A stretch of DNA of 64,000 bases from contig CAVPOC010000003.1 of NCBI GenBank assembly GCA_963706955.1, forward strand, positions 288,001-352,000. Direction: 5' to 3'. The DNA comes from an uncultured Verrucomicrobiae bacterium. Its GTDB lineage: Bacteria; Verrucomicrobiota; Verrucomicrobiia; Chthoniobacterales; Terrimicrobiaceae. Below are positions 39,286 to 48,735 of the stretch, one piece after another (position 1 is the first letter of the stretch; each line of letters starts with the position of its first letter). A program made the position numbers and the translations under genes. The notes below the pieces were generated by a model that saw nothing but the letters and a program-made list of their open reading frames with translations, was not told where the DNA came from and ran no database searches.

Positions 39286-39969
39286 TTAGTTTCTCCGAAC
39301 GACGATCTCAAGCTGCTGACGCACCTTCGCGATCTTATCCGCACCGAGCACGCCTCGCCACTGCATGCCGGGATAAACAATGGATCGGCGGCCAATGATC
39401 GACCCTGGGGATAGGACAGCATTGCAGCCTAGCTCTGCATGATCCCCGATGATAGCACCAAACTTCCGCAAACCGGTCGCGACAGGCTTGCCGTCGACGC
39501 CGACAACGCTGATCGGGGTATGATCTAGTTTCACATTCGAGAGAATGACACCGGCACCGAGGTGGGCCTTGTAGCCCAGGATGGAATCCCCAACGTAGCT
39601 GAAATGCGGCACCTGCGCCTCATCGAAAATCAAGCAGTTCTTGAACTCGCACGAGTTTCCCGCCACGACCCCGTTGCCGATGATGACATTCTCGCGCATG
39701 TAACATCCATTTCGAATGTGACAATCCTCTCCAATCCAAGCCGGCCCTTTGATGAGCGCGCCTTGCTCGACAACGGTCCCCTTTCCAATGAAGACGGGGC
39801 TTCCAACGAAGGGTCTTCCTAGCAACTTCCCGTGGATACCTGGTTGAAGTCGAAACTTTAGGTAGGCTTCAATTTTGGGCAAAGCCTGCCAGACCGCTTC
39901 GAGATTGTCGAAGATGACGCGGTGCTCGGTGCAGCTCAGATCTAAAAATTCCTCAGGCGCGAACATCAT
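39286..39969 (-). CDS. Left-handed beta-helix (hexapeptide repeat) protein related to the GlmU C-terminal acetyltransferase domain
   Basis: Hexapeptide repeats, HFSYVGDSILG and RKFGAIIGD. No nucleotidyltransferase domain. Confidence 0.8.
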   Translation of the reverse strand: MMFAPEEFLDLSCTEHRVIFDNLEAVWQALPKIEAYLKFRLQPGIHGKLLGRPFVGSPVFIGKGTVVEQGALIKGPAWIGEDCHIRNGCYMRENVIIGNGVVAGNSCEFKNCLIFDEAQVPHFSYVGDSILGYKAHLGAGVILSNVKLDHTPISVVGVDGKPVATGLRKFGAIIGDHAELGCNAVLSPGSIIGRRSIVYPGMQWRGVLGADKIAKVRQQLEIVVRRN

Positions 39970-40056
39970 CCCAGACTAGCGATCAATTGAGTCGCTGAAA
40001 ATACACAGATGATCGCCTCAAGCGATTTCTCGACCAAAGTCACGGAGAAGGTTCTC

Positions 40057-41451
40057 TCAGTTTCGTCGGGAGAGCTTCTGCCCCTCCTTGGTATCCTTCA
40101 CCTGCCAACCGGTGGCGAGGAGTTGATCACGCAAAGCATCGCTGAGTGCCCATTGTTTCTTTTCTCTCGCCTCCGCACGGCGCAAGAGCATCTCGCGCAC
40201 TTCCTCCGGAACACCTTCCTCGTCCGCCGAAAATGCCAAGACCGACTCAAATTTCTCACGCCAGTCCAGCAACGATCGGGCTTGGCCGGTCGACAATTGG
40301 CCGGCATCGATTAGACGATTGGAATCCCTGATCAGTTCGAAGGTCGCGCCCAAAGCCGCGGAGACGTTCAGGTCGTCATCCAACGCTTCGGCGAACTTTT
40401 CCGGATGGAACTCCGCCGGCAGTGGCTCTGCAGTCTGCGAAGCCATCCCACTTACGCGTTCAAACCATTCGTCGTAGCGGGCGAGAGCCTTACGGGCCGC
40501 CTCGAGGCTCTCAAAGGTGAAGTTCAATGGCTCGCGATACTTTACGGCGGCAAGGACGTAGCGAACTTCACGTCCGGTCCAACCCTTGGCTTTCAGATCC
40601 CGGAGCGTGAAAAAGTTGTTTTCGCTCTTGGACATTTTGCGCCCGTCGACCAGGAGATGCTTGCAGTGCATCCAAAGCCGAACAAAAGGCCTCCTGGTGA
40701 CGCATTCGGTTTGCGCGATTTCGGCCTCATGATGCGGGAAGATATTGTCTTCTCCCCCACAATGAACGTCGATCTGCGGACCAAGAATGGCTGTGGCCAT
40801 GGCGCTACATTCGATATGCCAGCCGGGGCGACCACGCCCCCAGGGACTCTCCCACCAAACCTCTCCGTCCTCCCGATCCCAAGCTTTCCACAGGGCAAAG
40901 TCACTCGCCTCCTCCTTCTCATATTCGTCGCTGCGCACGCGCCCCGTTGACTGGAGCTCATCGAGATTGAAGTGCGCGAGCGCACCATATCTTGGAAACG
41001 ATTTGATCCGGAAATAGACAGAGCCGTCGTCGGCACGGTAGGCACATCCCCGCTCGATGAGCACCGCAATCATCTCGATCATCCGTGCGATGTAGTTTGG
41101 CGCAGTGGCCTCTGGAAAATAATCGGCGCGGCGAATGCGCAGCGAGTCGAGATCCTCAAAGAATGCCTTCTTGAAGGGCTGAGTAAACTCGGCCAGCGGC
41201 ACTCCCCGCAATCGCGCGCCGCGAATGGTTTTGTCATCGACATCGGTGAGATTCATAACGCGCTCAACCTTATAGCCTCGAAATTCCAGGTGCCGCTGGA
41301 GCAGATCCTCGAAGATGTAAGCACGAAAATTCCCGATATGAGCGTAATCATATACCGTCGGTCCGCACGTATACATGCGCACGCGATTCGGCTCGATCGG
41401 ACGGAATTCCTCTATCTCACGCGTAAGCGTATTAAAAAAGCAGAGGCTCAT
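40057..41451 (-). CDS. cysS: Cysteine-tRNA ligase
   Basis: CGPTVY, HIGN, DFALWK, PGWHIECS and KMSKS. Confidence 0.97.
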   Translation of the reverse strand: MSLCFFNTLTREIEEFRPIEPNRVRMYTCGPTVYDYAHIGNFRAYIFEDLLQRHLEFRGYKVERVMNLTDVDDKTIRGARLRGVPLAEFTQPFKKAFFEDLDSLRIRRADYFPEATAPNYIARMIEMIAVLIERGCAYRADDGSVYFRIKSFPRYGALAHFNLDELQSTGRVRSDEYEKEEASDFALWKAWDREDGEVWWESPWGRGRPGWHIECSAMATAILGPQIDVHCGGEDNIFPHHEAEIAQTECVTRRPFVRLWMHCKHLLVDGRKMSKSENNFFTLRDLKAKGWTGREVRYVLAAVKYREPLNFTFESLEAARKALARYDEWFERVSGMASQTAEPLPAEFHPEKFAEALDDDLNVSAALGATFELIRDSNRLIDAGQLSTGQARSLLDWREKFESVLAFSADEEGVPEEVREMLLRRAEAREKKQWALSDALRDQLLATGWQVKDTKEGQKLSRRN

Positions 41452-41927
41452 TTCCTCTCTACTGATGCTACGGCCAGCGCGGCAATTCCCTCCCCCCGAC
41501 CAATAAAGCCCAACCCTTCGTTGGTGGTCGCTTTGATTCCTACGCGGTCTGGAGAAATCGCCAGCGCCTCCGCGAGGTTCGCCTTCATGCTTTGCAGATA
41601 CGGGGCCATCTTGGGAGCCTCCACGACGAGAGTCGCGTCAACATTGACCACCACAATGTCCATTGCCGTGAGCTTTTCGCGCACCGTTCGCACGATGACC
41701 AGGCTGTCCATGCCCCGGAACGACTCATCAGTATTAGGAAAGAAATGCCCGATGTCCGACTCGCCGGCGGCGCCGAGCAACGCATCGGCAATCGAGTGGC
41801 AAAGGACATCCGCGTCGGAGTGTCCCTCGAGCCCGAGCGGAAAGTCGATGGCCACGCCGCCGAGCACGAGACGTCTTCCTGCTGCAAAGCGGTGCACGTC
41901 ATAGCCGATGCCACAGGCGACCATCAC
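41448..41927 (-). CDS. ispF: 2-C-methyl-D-erythritol 2,4-cyclodiphosphate synthase
   Basis: GYDVH, GHSDADV and KATTNEGLG. Confidence 0.96.
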   Translation of the reverse strand: MMVACGIGYDVHRFAAGRRLVLGGVAIDFPLGLEGHSDADVLCHSIADALLGAAGESDIGHFFPNTDESFRGMDSLVIVRTVREKLTAMDIVVVNVDATLVVEAPKMAPYLQSMKANLAEALAISPDRVGIKATTNEGLGFIGRGEGIAALAVASVERK

Positions 41928-42670
41928 AGCTCAAACTCGACCAGTCCATTCGAAGCGACAATCGAGAACTTTTCCTCGGCTGTTTCGTGCGGCTTAAGCA
42001 CAACTTTGCCGCCCGCTCTCTCCAGGAGAAGAACTCCTGCCGCTACGTCCCAAAGGCTGATGCTGCTCTCGACGTAGATGTCGAGTCTTCCGCACGCAAC
42101 ATAGGCGATGTCGAGCGCGGCGCTGCCCATCATCCGGCATTTCTTCGCCGATCTCAGCATCCGTTGAAAGAGAGGCAATCCAAGGTTAATATTAGCGAGA
42201 GACTTTGCCATCCCGATGGAAACGATGGCCTCGGAGAGCTCCGTGCGACTGCTGACCACCGCCGGCCGGTTATTTAGCATCGGAACAGCTCCTTCTTCCA
42301 CCGACCAGAGTTCGTCACGCATCGGATCGTAAATCACCCCGACAATGATTTTCTTCGCCTGTCGCAACGCGATCGAAATAGCGAAATGCGGGATTCCGTA
42401 GAAATAATTCACCGTTCCATCGATCGGGTCGATCACCCACTGGAATTCACTCTCGGCATCGCCGCGCACTCCTTCCTCGCCGTAAATTGCGTGTGAGGGA
42501 AATTGTTCCAGTAGGCACGCTTCGATCAACGCCTGGCTCCGCCTGTCGAGTTCAAGCTTGATATCGTGCGCTTCGTTGAGATCCACGTTCAAGGTACGCC
42601 CATAGTGCGCACGCAAGAGCCCACCCGCCGCGTAGGCAGCCTCAATCGCAAAATCCAAATATACAGACAC
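41924..42670 (-). CDS. suhB: Inositol monophosphatase family (SuhB-like)
   Basis: WVIDPIDGTVNY, GSAALD and WDVAAG. Confidence 0.9.
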   Translation of the reverse strand: MSVYLDFAIEAAYAAGGLLRAHYGRTLNVDLNEAHDIKLELDRRSQALIEACLLEQFPSHAIYGEEGVRGDAESEFQWVIDPIDGTVNYFYGIPHFAISIALRQAKKIIVGVIYDPMRDELWSVEEGAVPMLNNRPAVVSSRTELSEAIVSIGMAKSLANINLGLPLFQRMLRSAKKCRMMGSAALDIAYVACGRLDIYVESSISLWDVAAGVLLLERAGGKVVLKPHETAEEKFSIVASNGLVEFEL

Positions 42671-42703
42671 GCTTACCTTTTAGAGAGGGTTCGGCTCGTG
42701 AGC

Positions 42704-42741
42704 AAAAAAAATTTGGGAGAAGCCAATGGCATCTCCCAAAT
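42704..42741 (-). terminator. Intrinsic terminator downstream of the small Lys-rich gene
   Basis: Minus strand ATTTGGGAGA-TGCCATTGGCT-TCTCCCAAAT followed by a T-tract. Confidence 0.85.
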
Positions 42742-42795
42742 CGGTTATGTTCTTCGCTTGTGGCGAACAACGTTGCGTTGCAGGTTCGGCGACGA

Positions 42796-42891
42796 TTATT
42801 TCTTGCCGACGGTTTTTTTCTTAGCGGGTTTCTTAGCCGCAGCCTTTTTCACTGGAGCCTTTTTGGCGGCGGATTTCTTCTTAGCTGGCAT
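42796..42891 (-). CDS. Small (31 aa) Lys/Ala/Pro-rich histone H1-like basic protein, not in ORF track
   Basis: ATG...TAA encodes MPAKKKSAAKKAPVKKAAAKKPAKKKTVGKK. Purine-rich RBS GGAAAGGGGGG upstream and a terminator downstream. Confidence 0.8.
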   Translation of the reverse strand: MPAKKKSAAKKAPVKKAAAKKPAKKKTVGKK

Positions 42892-42987
42892 TCGTTTTCC
42901 CCCCTTTCCACTCGCAACTGCGAAAATCGGTGAAAATCATGTGAACAACTCACTGCTGGCTGTGAATAGTTCTCTTAGAAAAAGACG

Positions 42988-43593
42988 TCAACGAATTTTT
43001 TTGGATTTTCGCTTGATTTTTTTTTGGGCTTGCCCGGGGTCGTTCAAGGATCGCTCCTCGCGGAGCAAGATTTCATCAGCTTTCGCAACGATTTCGTCGA
43101 CGTTCCAGAGGCGGCCGAGGCCCTCGTATCCGCAAGCAAGCATTCCTTCCTCGGGCCCGATAAAACTCGCGCCACGCGCTCTTAGCGTTGCGACGTTTTG
43201 TTGTGTCGCGGGGTGCAACCACATCTTTCCGTTCATCGCCGGCGCGATGAGAACGGGCGCCTGCGTGGCCAACGCGATGGAGGTGAGCGCGTCGTCACAG
43301 ATGCCGAGCGCGAGCTTGGCGAGCACATTCGCGGTAGCCGGAGCGACGAGAAAAAGGTCGGCGCGATCTGCGAGATCGATGTGGGTCGGTCGCCAGGATT
43401 CACGTTCGTCGAACACACCGGAGGTCACCGGATTTTTCGAGAGGGTCTGAAAGGTCATCGGCGCGACAAAACTCGTGGCGTTCTCCGTCATGACGACAAA
43501 AACAGCGTGCCCGCGTTTGACGAGTTTGCTGGTGAGGTCAGCGGCTTTGTAGGCGGCGATCGACCCCGCCACGCCAAGGATGATTGATTTCAC
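42988..43593 (-). CDS. coaC: Phosphopantothenoylcysteine decarboxylase (stand-alone CoaC half)
   Basis: GSIAAYKA, APATAN, APAMN..M and LACGYEGLGRL. Ends with no CoaB domain. Confidence 0.88.
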   Translation of the reverse strand: MKSIILGVAGSIAAYKAADLTSKLVKRGHAVFVVMTENATSFVAPMTFQTLSKNPVTSGVFDERESWRPTHIDLADRADLFLVAPATANVLAKLALGICDDALTSIALATQAPVLIAPAMNGKMWLHPATQQNVATLRARGASFIGPEEGMLACGYEGLGRLWNVDEIVAKADEILLREERSLNDPGQAQKKIKRKSKKIR

Positions 43594-44207
43594 GAGATGC
43601 GCACAAGCCTGCGGCTCTGGTAGCGTTCGGCTCGCATGACGGCCCGAAACTTTTCAATATCCTCCTCCATCGAGCCACTGATGATGGTGTATTTGTATTC
43701 GCGCCAGCGTTCCATTTCCGCGGCGGCGTTTTGCAGCCTGGTGGCGATTTGTTCTTCGGTTTCAGTGCCGCGCTTCATGAGGCGTCGGCGCAGTTCCTCG
43801 AGATTGGGCGGCATGATGAATACGTCGACCAGCGCATCCTGGATGAAGGGGTCGCCGGAGTCGCGAATGGTGGCGGCGCCTTTGGTGTCGATGTCAAGGA
43901 GGACATCGATACCGCTGCGAAGGTTGTTAATCACCGGCGCGCGAAGCGTCCCGTATTTGTTGCCATGAACGTCGGCGGACTCTAAGAACTCACCAGCTGC
44001 CAGGCGTCGATCGAATTCGTCCTTGCTCAGAAATTGATAGTCCTCGCCTTCAACCTCGCCGGATCTGGGTGTCCGGGTGGTGCATGAGACTGCATAAACA
44101 AAATCTGGTTTGTGTCGCAAGGCCGAGCACAGCGTCGTCTTGCCCGCGCCAGAAGGCGCCGAGAGGACGAAAAGAATTCCGGTGCGTTGAAAGCTGCTAT
44201 TCAACAT
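43590..44207 (-). CDS. gmk: Guanylate kinase
   Basis: SAPSGAGKTT, SCTTRTPRSGE and YGT. ATG at 44207. Confidence 0.95.
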   Translation of the reverse strand: MLNSSFQRTGILFVLSAPSGAGKTTLCSALRHKPDFVYAVSCTTRTPRSGEVEGEDYQFLSKDEFDRRLAAGEFLESADVHGNKYGTLRAPVINNLRSGIDVLLDIDTKGAATIRDSGDPFIQDALVDVFIMPPNLEELRRRLMKRGTETEEQIATRLQNAAAEMERWREYKYTIISGSMEEDIEKFRAVMRAERYQSRRLVRIS

Positions 44208-45063
44208 TGGCGAGTTGCTCGCGAGCCTTATCAAGCTCGGCTTTTGCTTCGACGACAAGAAGCGAAATTTCGGCGTCGTTGGCCTTGGCGCCTGTGGTGT
44301 GCCATTCGCGGCCCATCTCCTGGGCGAGAAACTCGAGAGTCCGGCCAACCGGTTCGTGGCTCTCTAGGTGATCGCCGAATTGTCCGAGATGGCTTTCGAG
44401 TCGCGCCAACTCTTCGGTGATATCGCATCGCTCCGCGAAGACAGCAATCTCGGTGGTGATCCGCGGATCGAGCAGATCAATTGGCAACCTGGCCGCTTGC
44501 AGGCGGGTGAAGAGAGCGACACGCTGGCGTTTAGGAACACGTGGCGCGAGCGCCTTGAGCCGCCGCAGCCGCGCGGTCATGCGGGCCACAGAGCGAAGAA
44601 GCTCTTTTTTGAGGTGGGCTCCTTCGCGGACGCGCATCGCCAGCAAGCCGTCAAGAGCCTCACTGAGTGCTTGGCGCATAAGTGGCCAAAGCTCCCGTTG
44701 CTGAGCGTCCTCTGTCTTGAGCACGCCTGGAGCGGACAAGACTGTCTCCAGCGAAATATCGCCGGCTAAGCCGAGCTCTTTTTGCAACGCGCGCACCTCG
44801 CGAAGAAATTCCGCAGCCCGCCGCCGATCGACAAGGACGGGTGCAGATTGAGGAGGATGCTCGACAGTCAACGAGACCTGCACTTTTCCGCGTGAGATCC
44901 GTTTGAAAACCTCCTCCCGCACTCTTGGCTCAAGCCAGGCCAAATCGCGCGAGGCAACTAAGGCGACTTCACATTGCCGCCGGTTGACTGAAAAGCATTC
45001 CACGACGATGCGGAGGTTCCCTGCGACGGCGCTGGCACGTCCGTGCCCGGTCATGCTTTTCAT
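44197..45063 (-). CDS. yicC: YicC/YloC-family endoribonuclease
   Basis: MKSMTGHG, SVNRR, DITEELARL..H, GRTLEFLAQEMGRE and REQLANVE. Confidence 0.92.
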   Translation of the reverse strand: MKSMTGHGRASAVAGNLRIVVECFSVNRRQCEVALVASRDLAWLEPRVREEVFKRISRGKVQVSLTVEHPPQSAPVLVDRRRAAEFLREVRALQKELGLAGDISLETVLSAPGVLKTEDAQQRELWPLMRQALSEALDGLLAMRVREGAHLKKELLRSVARMTARLRRLKALAPRVPKRQRVALFTRLQAARLPIDLLDPRITTEIAVFAERCDITEELARLESHLGQFGDHLESHEPVGRTLEFLAQEMGREWHTTGAKANDAEISLLVVEAKAELDKAREQLANVE

Positions 45064-45137
45064 CGACGAAGATTAAGAGGGGCCCCGAATCGTTGTCACG
45101 TCAGGAACTGCTTAGCCTAAAATCTAACAGCGACGAT

Positions 45138-48100
45138 TCATCGCAAGCGCAGACGAAACGTTGCGCGGTCATTTGCCGGTGTCAGCTCATCGTTCTCATC
45201 TAACAACGACAGCCCGCGCCAAAGCTCAAACCGTCGATGCTGGGTGGCACGCCCGGAGGGATATGCCGAAGAGGGGTTAAGCTGAACATCGTTCCGTGCG
45301 AAATCGTCTCCTCCCCCATCTGACGACGGTTTATGCGCGAAGACGCCGGGAGCTACCAAACCAGCGGTCGCGTGTGGACCAACCAACGGTGCTTGCGCAT
45401 ACACCCCCGGCACCATCCCGGTGGTCAACAACTGAATGAGGGAGCCCTGTGGCAGCGATGGATCCGAGCGCAAAATCAAGCGAGGTTCGTCGAGCGGCCC
45501 AAAGGCATAAAGCTGGACATCATAGTCAAGCGCTCGGGCCATCCCATGGATATCAATTCGCGGGATCCAGGGACTTTCTTCGACGAACTCAACATAGCCG
45601 TCGGGAATGGTTAAGGTAGTGAAGGGAAGAAAGGCACGGACGTCCTCGAGCTTGATTTGTCCAAGCAGGAGGGGGTAATCGAGCGTCCCCGTCAGGCGCA
45701 ATTCAGCAAGGATCTCTTCCGCTGGAGGCGTGCCTGTAAAGAGAAAGGACGAATCATTCGTCAACGACACCTCCAACCTCCATCGATTAAAAGGTCTGGG
45801 AAAAACACCATCAAATCGCGGCGCGCTAAACAAGTCATCGTCCGAACCGGAGACCACAGAGATTGGGATTACTTCCAATCGTCGCGAGAATCGCCCATCC
45901 AACAGCCGCACGTCTCCCTTAACAAGGCCGGCGCGGAAGTCTCCACTCGCGTGGAGGGTGGCGTTGGCCTTGAGCTGCAGCCACGCCACGCGAGCGAGGT
46001 CGATCCGGGTTCCGGTAAAGAAGAAATCAAACTGCGGATCGAATACATCCTTGAGAGATACCCCGCCCCAAACTTCAAAGGATCCCGCACCTAGTTCGCC
46101 GGTGACTTCTTCGAGCTCAGCGCGCCCGTCGGCAATGATCAAGCCGCCGGTGGCCTTGCTGATGACGGGCAAGTAAGGCGAAAGCTCGAACTGACCGTCG
46201 CTGAGAGCAAGTCGGCCATGCAGTGATGGAGCACTGACAGTCCCAGTAGCAGAAATATCCCCGGACAAAAAACCAGCTAACCGGCGAATATTTGGGACGA
46301 GGGGGCGAAGAACAGCGAGATCAGCTCTCGGAACATGGAGGTCGGCTGAAATCCGGCCTTCCGGATCGATCCAAAGTCTCGTGCCATCTTGGGCGCTGAC
46401 TACGCCGAACGGACCGTCGGCTCTGAATGTGATCGGAGAGACTCCAGCGGAGGTTAGCTGACCAGTAATCGTGCCGGAGCCGCCGGCACCGTGAATAGAA
46501 GCACGGATCTGCGAAGGCGGGCTCATACCTTCTCCAAACCTTCTTGAGAGCCCTTTTGCTTCAGCGTTTGCGTCGATACTTAGGTCTGTGATCGGGCCCT
46601 CCGCCCTTAGATTCGCTTTGAGGGTTCCCTCGACGGGGCGGTCGTTTCCCGCAAGACGAAGCAACTCGCGAATACTCAGCGGAGTGTCGGCAACGACTTC
46701 AGCATACAGTTTCTTATCCAGATGCAGGGCGTTGGTCAGTGGCTTCCCAGCGCCGACCTCAAATGGATCGATGGGAAGGTAAATTTCCGCTGCGGCAAGC
46801 TGGCGGCCGCTGGCTCGAAGGCGGGCATCGTCCAGCGTGAGGCCTGATCTGGCGAGGGTCGCCCGCGTGGTAAATCGCAGAGAACCGCGTTCCAACTCCA
46901 ACCCACTGAAATACACGTTTTCCGGAGAATACGTTCCGGCAAACCGGCCGGTTACTCCGCTGGGTGTAAACTCCGAGATGCAATTTTCGAGGGAGACATT
47001 GAACGCTCCGGAATGTGCAGAAGCATTTCCGTCGCCTTGCCAGCGAATTTGGACGGCAGCGGCGCGCACCTCTGGTGTCCGCAGACCTTTGAAGAAGTCG
47101 CGGTATGCGGAGAGGTCCTTCGTGCGCGCTTGGATCTCTCCCGAGTAGGTATGAGGGGCACTGATCTCCACATGGCCTTTAGCGCGGACGAAATCCTCAC
47201 CGCTCCAAAATTCGCATTGCGTCACGTGGGCTTCGCTGCCGGCGAAGCTCACTTCGACTCGCCCGGAATCGACGGGCCGTTTTCGAAAGCCCATTTGCGA
47301 TCCCTCGAGAGTCAGGAAGCCGCCTAGCTTGCTCGCCTGGCCGTTGATCGAGCCGCTCAGGCTCATTCTCCCGCTCATCTCATCGAAGGGCGACCCAAAC
47401 AAGCCTGCCAACGCGCCAAGATCGTTAATGGATGCCGTGAGATGGAGCAAAAATGGGGCTTTCGCCATTCCTAGCCAGCCTTGATCGAGAGAGAACTCGC
47501 CGCTGCCGGCGAGGGTATTCTCCTTTTGCTTGAGAACGAGCTCGCTTACAGCGACGCGGCGATGGATCATGCGCGCGCCGAGTTCGAGAGATTCCCACCC
47601 GCGCTTGTTCAGTCGGAAGCCGTCGGCCGCAAGCCGCAACGAACCCTGGCCATCGAGAGCGCGTTCCGGAAGACCGCGGAAAGTAAACTTCACATCGCGG
47701 ATGACCCCCTCGAGGTCTCCATGATAGCCCAACAGCGCCGCGAGAGGAACAATCTCAATGTTCGAAGCGGAAACCGCGGAATCGACCGCCATTCCTCCCT
47801 GCTCGGAATTCAAGGAAACATCGAAACGCAAAGAGCCTCCAAAGAGCGTCGCCTGAACACCGACCGCGACTCCGCCGGGCTGCGCCAGTTGGATCTCCAA
47901 GCTGTCAAGCTTAACCCCTTCCCAGAGATCGACGCTTGCGAAGTAAATTGTTCCATCCTTCCAGGCGGTTATTCCCTTGAGGGAACCAAGGCTTTGATTC
48001 ACGGGCCCGGCGCGGAGCTCAGCACCAACTGCTCGAAATTCACCGAGACGCTCCTCACTAAAGTCCGCCGAGACATCTTCGAAAAAGTAGGATTGACCGG

Positions 48101-48611
48101 TCGCGAGGAACTCGAGATTTGCGCGCTGGACAGCTACATACTCGGGAAGATAGCGCAGCAGCCGCTGCCTCTGGGTTCGCTGTTCTCTCTCATCGGCCTG
48201 CCGAACCAGAATGCGTTGGCGGTTATCTCCACGCCGTAAATCGAGCACCGCGCGGACGTCTTGAAGGATCACGGAGCGAAAAACCCGGCCTTGGTCGAAA
48301 AGGATGCTCCAGAGTGGAACTAGCGCCACTTCGACGCGAGCGGCGTCGACCGCGGTTTGAGATTCGTCGGCATTCGTGGCGCGAACGCGTACCCGCTCAA
48401 AGACAATCGGCTGCGACAGATGGGCGCGAATTTCCCCAACTTCGAGCTGCAACCCGGCCTGACTGGCTGCCCGTTCCGCCGCGAGACGAAGGACCCACGA
48501 CAGGACCGGCGGATGAACCAACCAGATAATCAAAGCACAGCCGGCCAGCATCAGCAGACTTCGCCATGGAATCCGGCGCGCCCTTGGACGCTCGTCAACC
48601 AACGTGTTCAT
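45138..48611 (-). CDS. AsmA/TamB-like large periplasm-spanning protein (C-terminal DUF490-like region)
   Basis: Single N-terminal TM and ~1150 aa of beta-taco-like repeats. LRLTGTLDYPLLLG...P.LILRSDPSLPQ..LIQLLTTG resembles the TamB C-terminus. ATG 48611 chosen. Confidence 0.7.
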   Translation of the reverse strand: MNTLVDERPRARRIPWRSLLMLAGCALIIWLVHPPVLSWVLRLAAERAASQAGLQLEVGEIRAHLSQPIVFERVRVRATNADESQTAVDAARVEVALVPLWSILFDQGRVFRSVILQDVRAVLDLRRGDNRQRILVRQADEREQRTQRQRLLRYLPEYVAVQRANLEFLATGQSYFFEDVSADFSEERLGEFRAVGAELRAGPVNQSLGSLKGITAWKDGTIYFASVDLWEGVKLDSLEIQLAQPGGVAVGVQATLFGGSLRFDVSLNSEQGGMAVDSAVSASNIEIVPLAALLGYHGDLEGVIRDVKFTFRGLPERALDGQGSLRLAADGFRLNKRGWESLELGARMIHRRVAVSELVLKQKENTLAGSGEFSLDQGWLGMAKAPFLLHLTASINDLGALAGLFGSPFDEMSGRMSLSGSINGQASKLGGFLTLEGSQMGFRKRPVDSGRVEVSFAGSEAHVTQCEFWSGEDFVRAKGHVEISAPHTYSGEIQARTKDLSAYRDFFKGLRTPEVRAAAVQIRWQGDGNASAHSGAFNVSLENCISEFTPSGVTGRFAGTYSPENVYFSGLELERGSLRFTTRATLARSGLTLDDARLRASGRQLAAAEIYLPIDPFEVGAGKPLTNALHLDKKLYAEVVADTPLSIRELLRLAGNDRPVEGTLKANLRAEGPITDLSIDANAEAKGLSRRFGEGMSPPSQIRASIHGAGGSGTITGQLTSAGVSPITFRADGPFGVVSAQDGTRLWIDPEGRISADLHVPRADLAVLRPLVPNIRRLAGFLSGDISATGTVSAPSLHGRLALSDGQFELSPYLPVISKATGGLIIADGRAELEEVTGELGAGSFEVWGGVSLKDVFDPQFDFFFTGTRIDLARVAWLQLKANATLHASGDFRAGLVKGDVRLLDGRFSRRLEVIPISVVSGSDDDLFSAPRFDGVFPRPFNRWRLEVSLTNDSSFLFTGTPPAEEILAELRLTGTLDYPLLLGQIKLEDVRAFLPFTTLTIPDGYVEFVEESPWIPRIDIHGMARALDYDVQLYAFGPLDEPRLILRSDPSLPQGSLIQLLTTGMVPGVYAQAPLVGPHATAGLVAPGVFAHKPSSDGGGDDFARNDVQLNPSSAYPSGRATQHRRFELWRGLSLLDENDELTPANDRATFRLRLR

Positions 48612-48735
48612 CCAATGGCCATTTACCACATTGTGGAGGTCCGAGCACGTAGAAGCTCCCTCGGTTTCCGACTTGATGCGTGAACTGACGGCGCTTAGAG
48701 AAAGGGCCAAACGCTGATGAGGCCTCGCGGCCATT

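Noticed and set aside
42566..43450. 294-aa plus-strand ORF with Phe/Leu/Ala-rich stretch
   Set aside because: It is the antisense shadow of coaC and the Lys-rich microprotein; FFLAGFLAAAFF is the reverse complement of the Lys/Ala codons.
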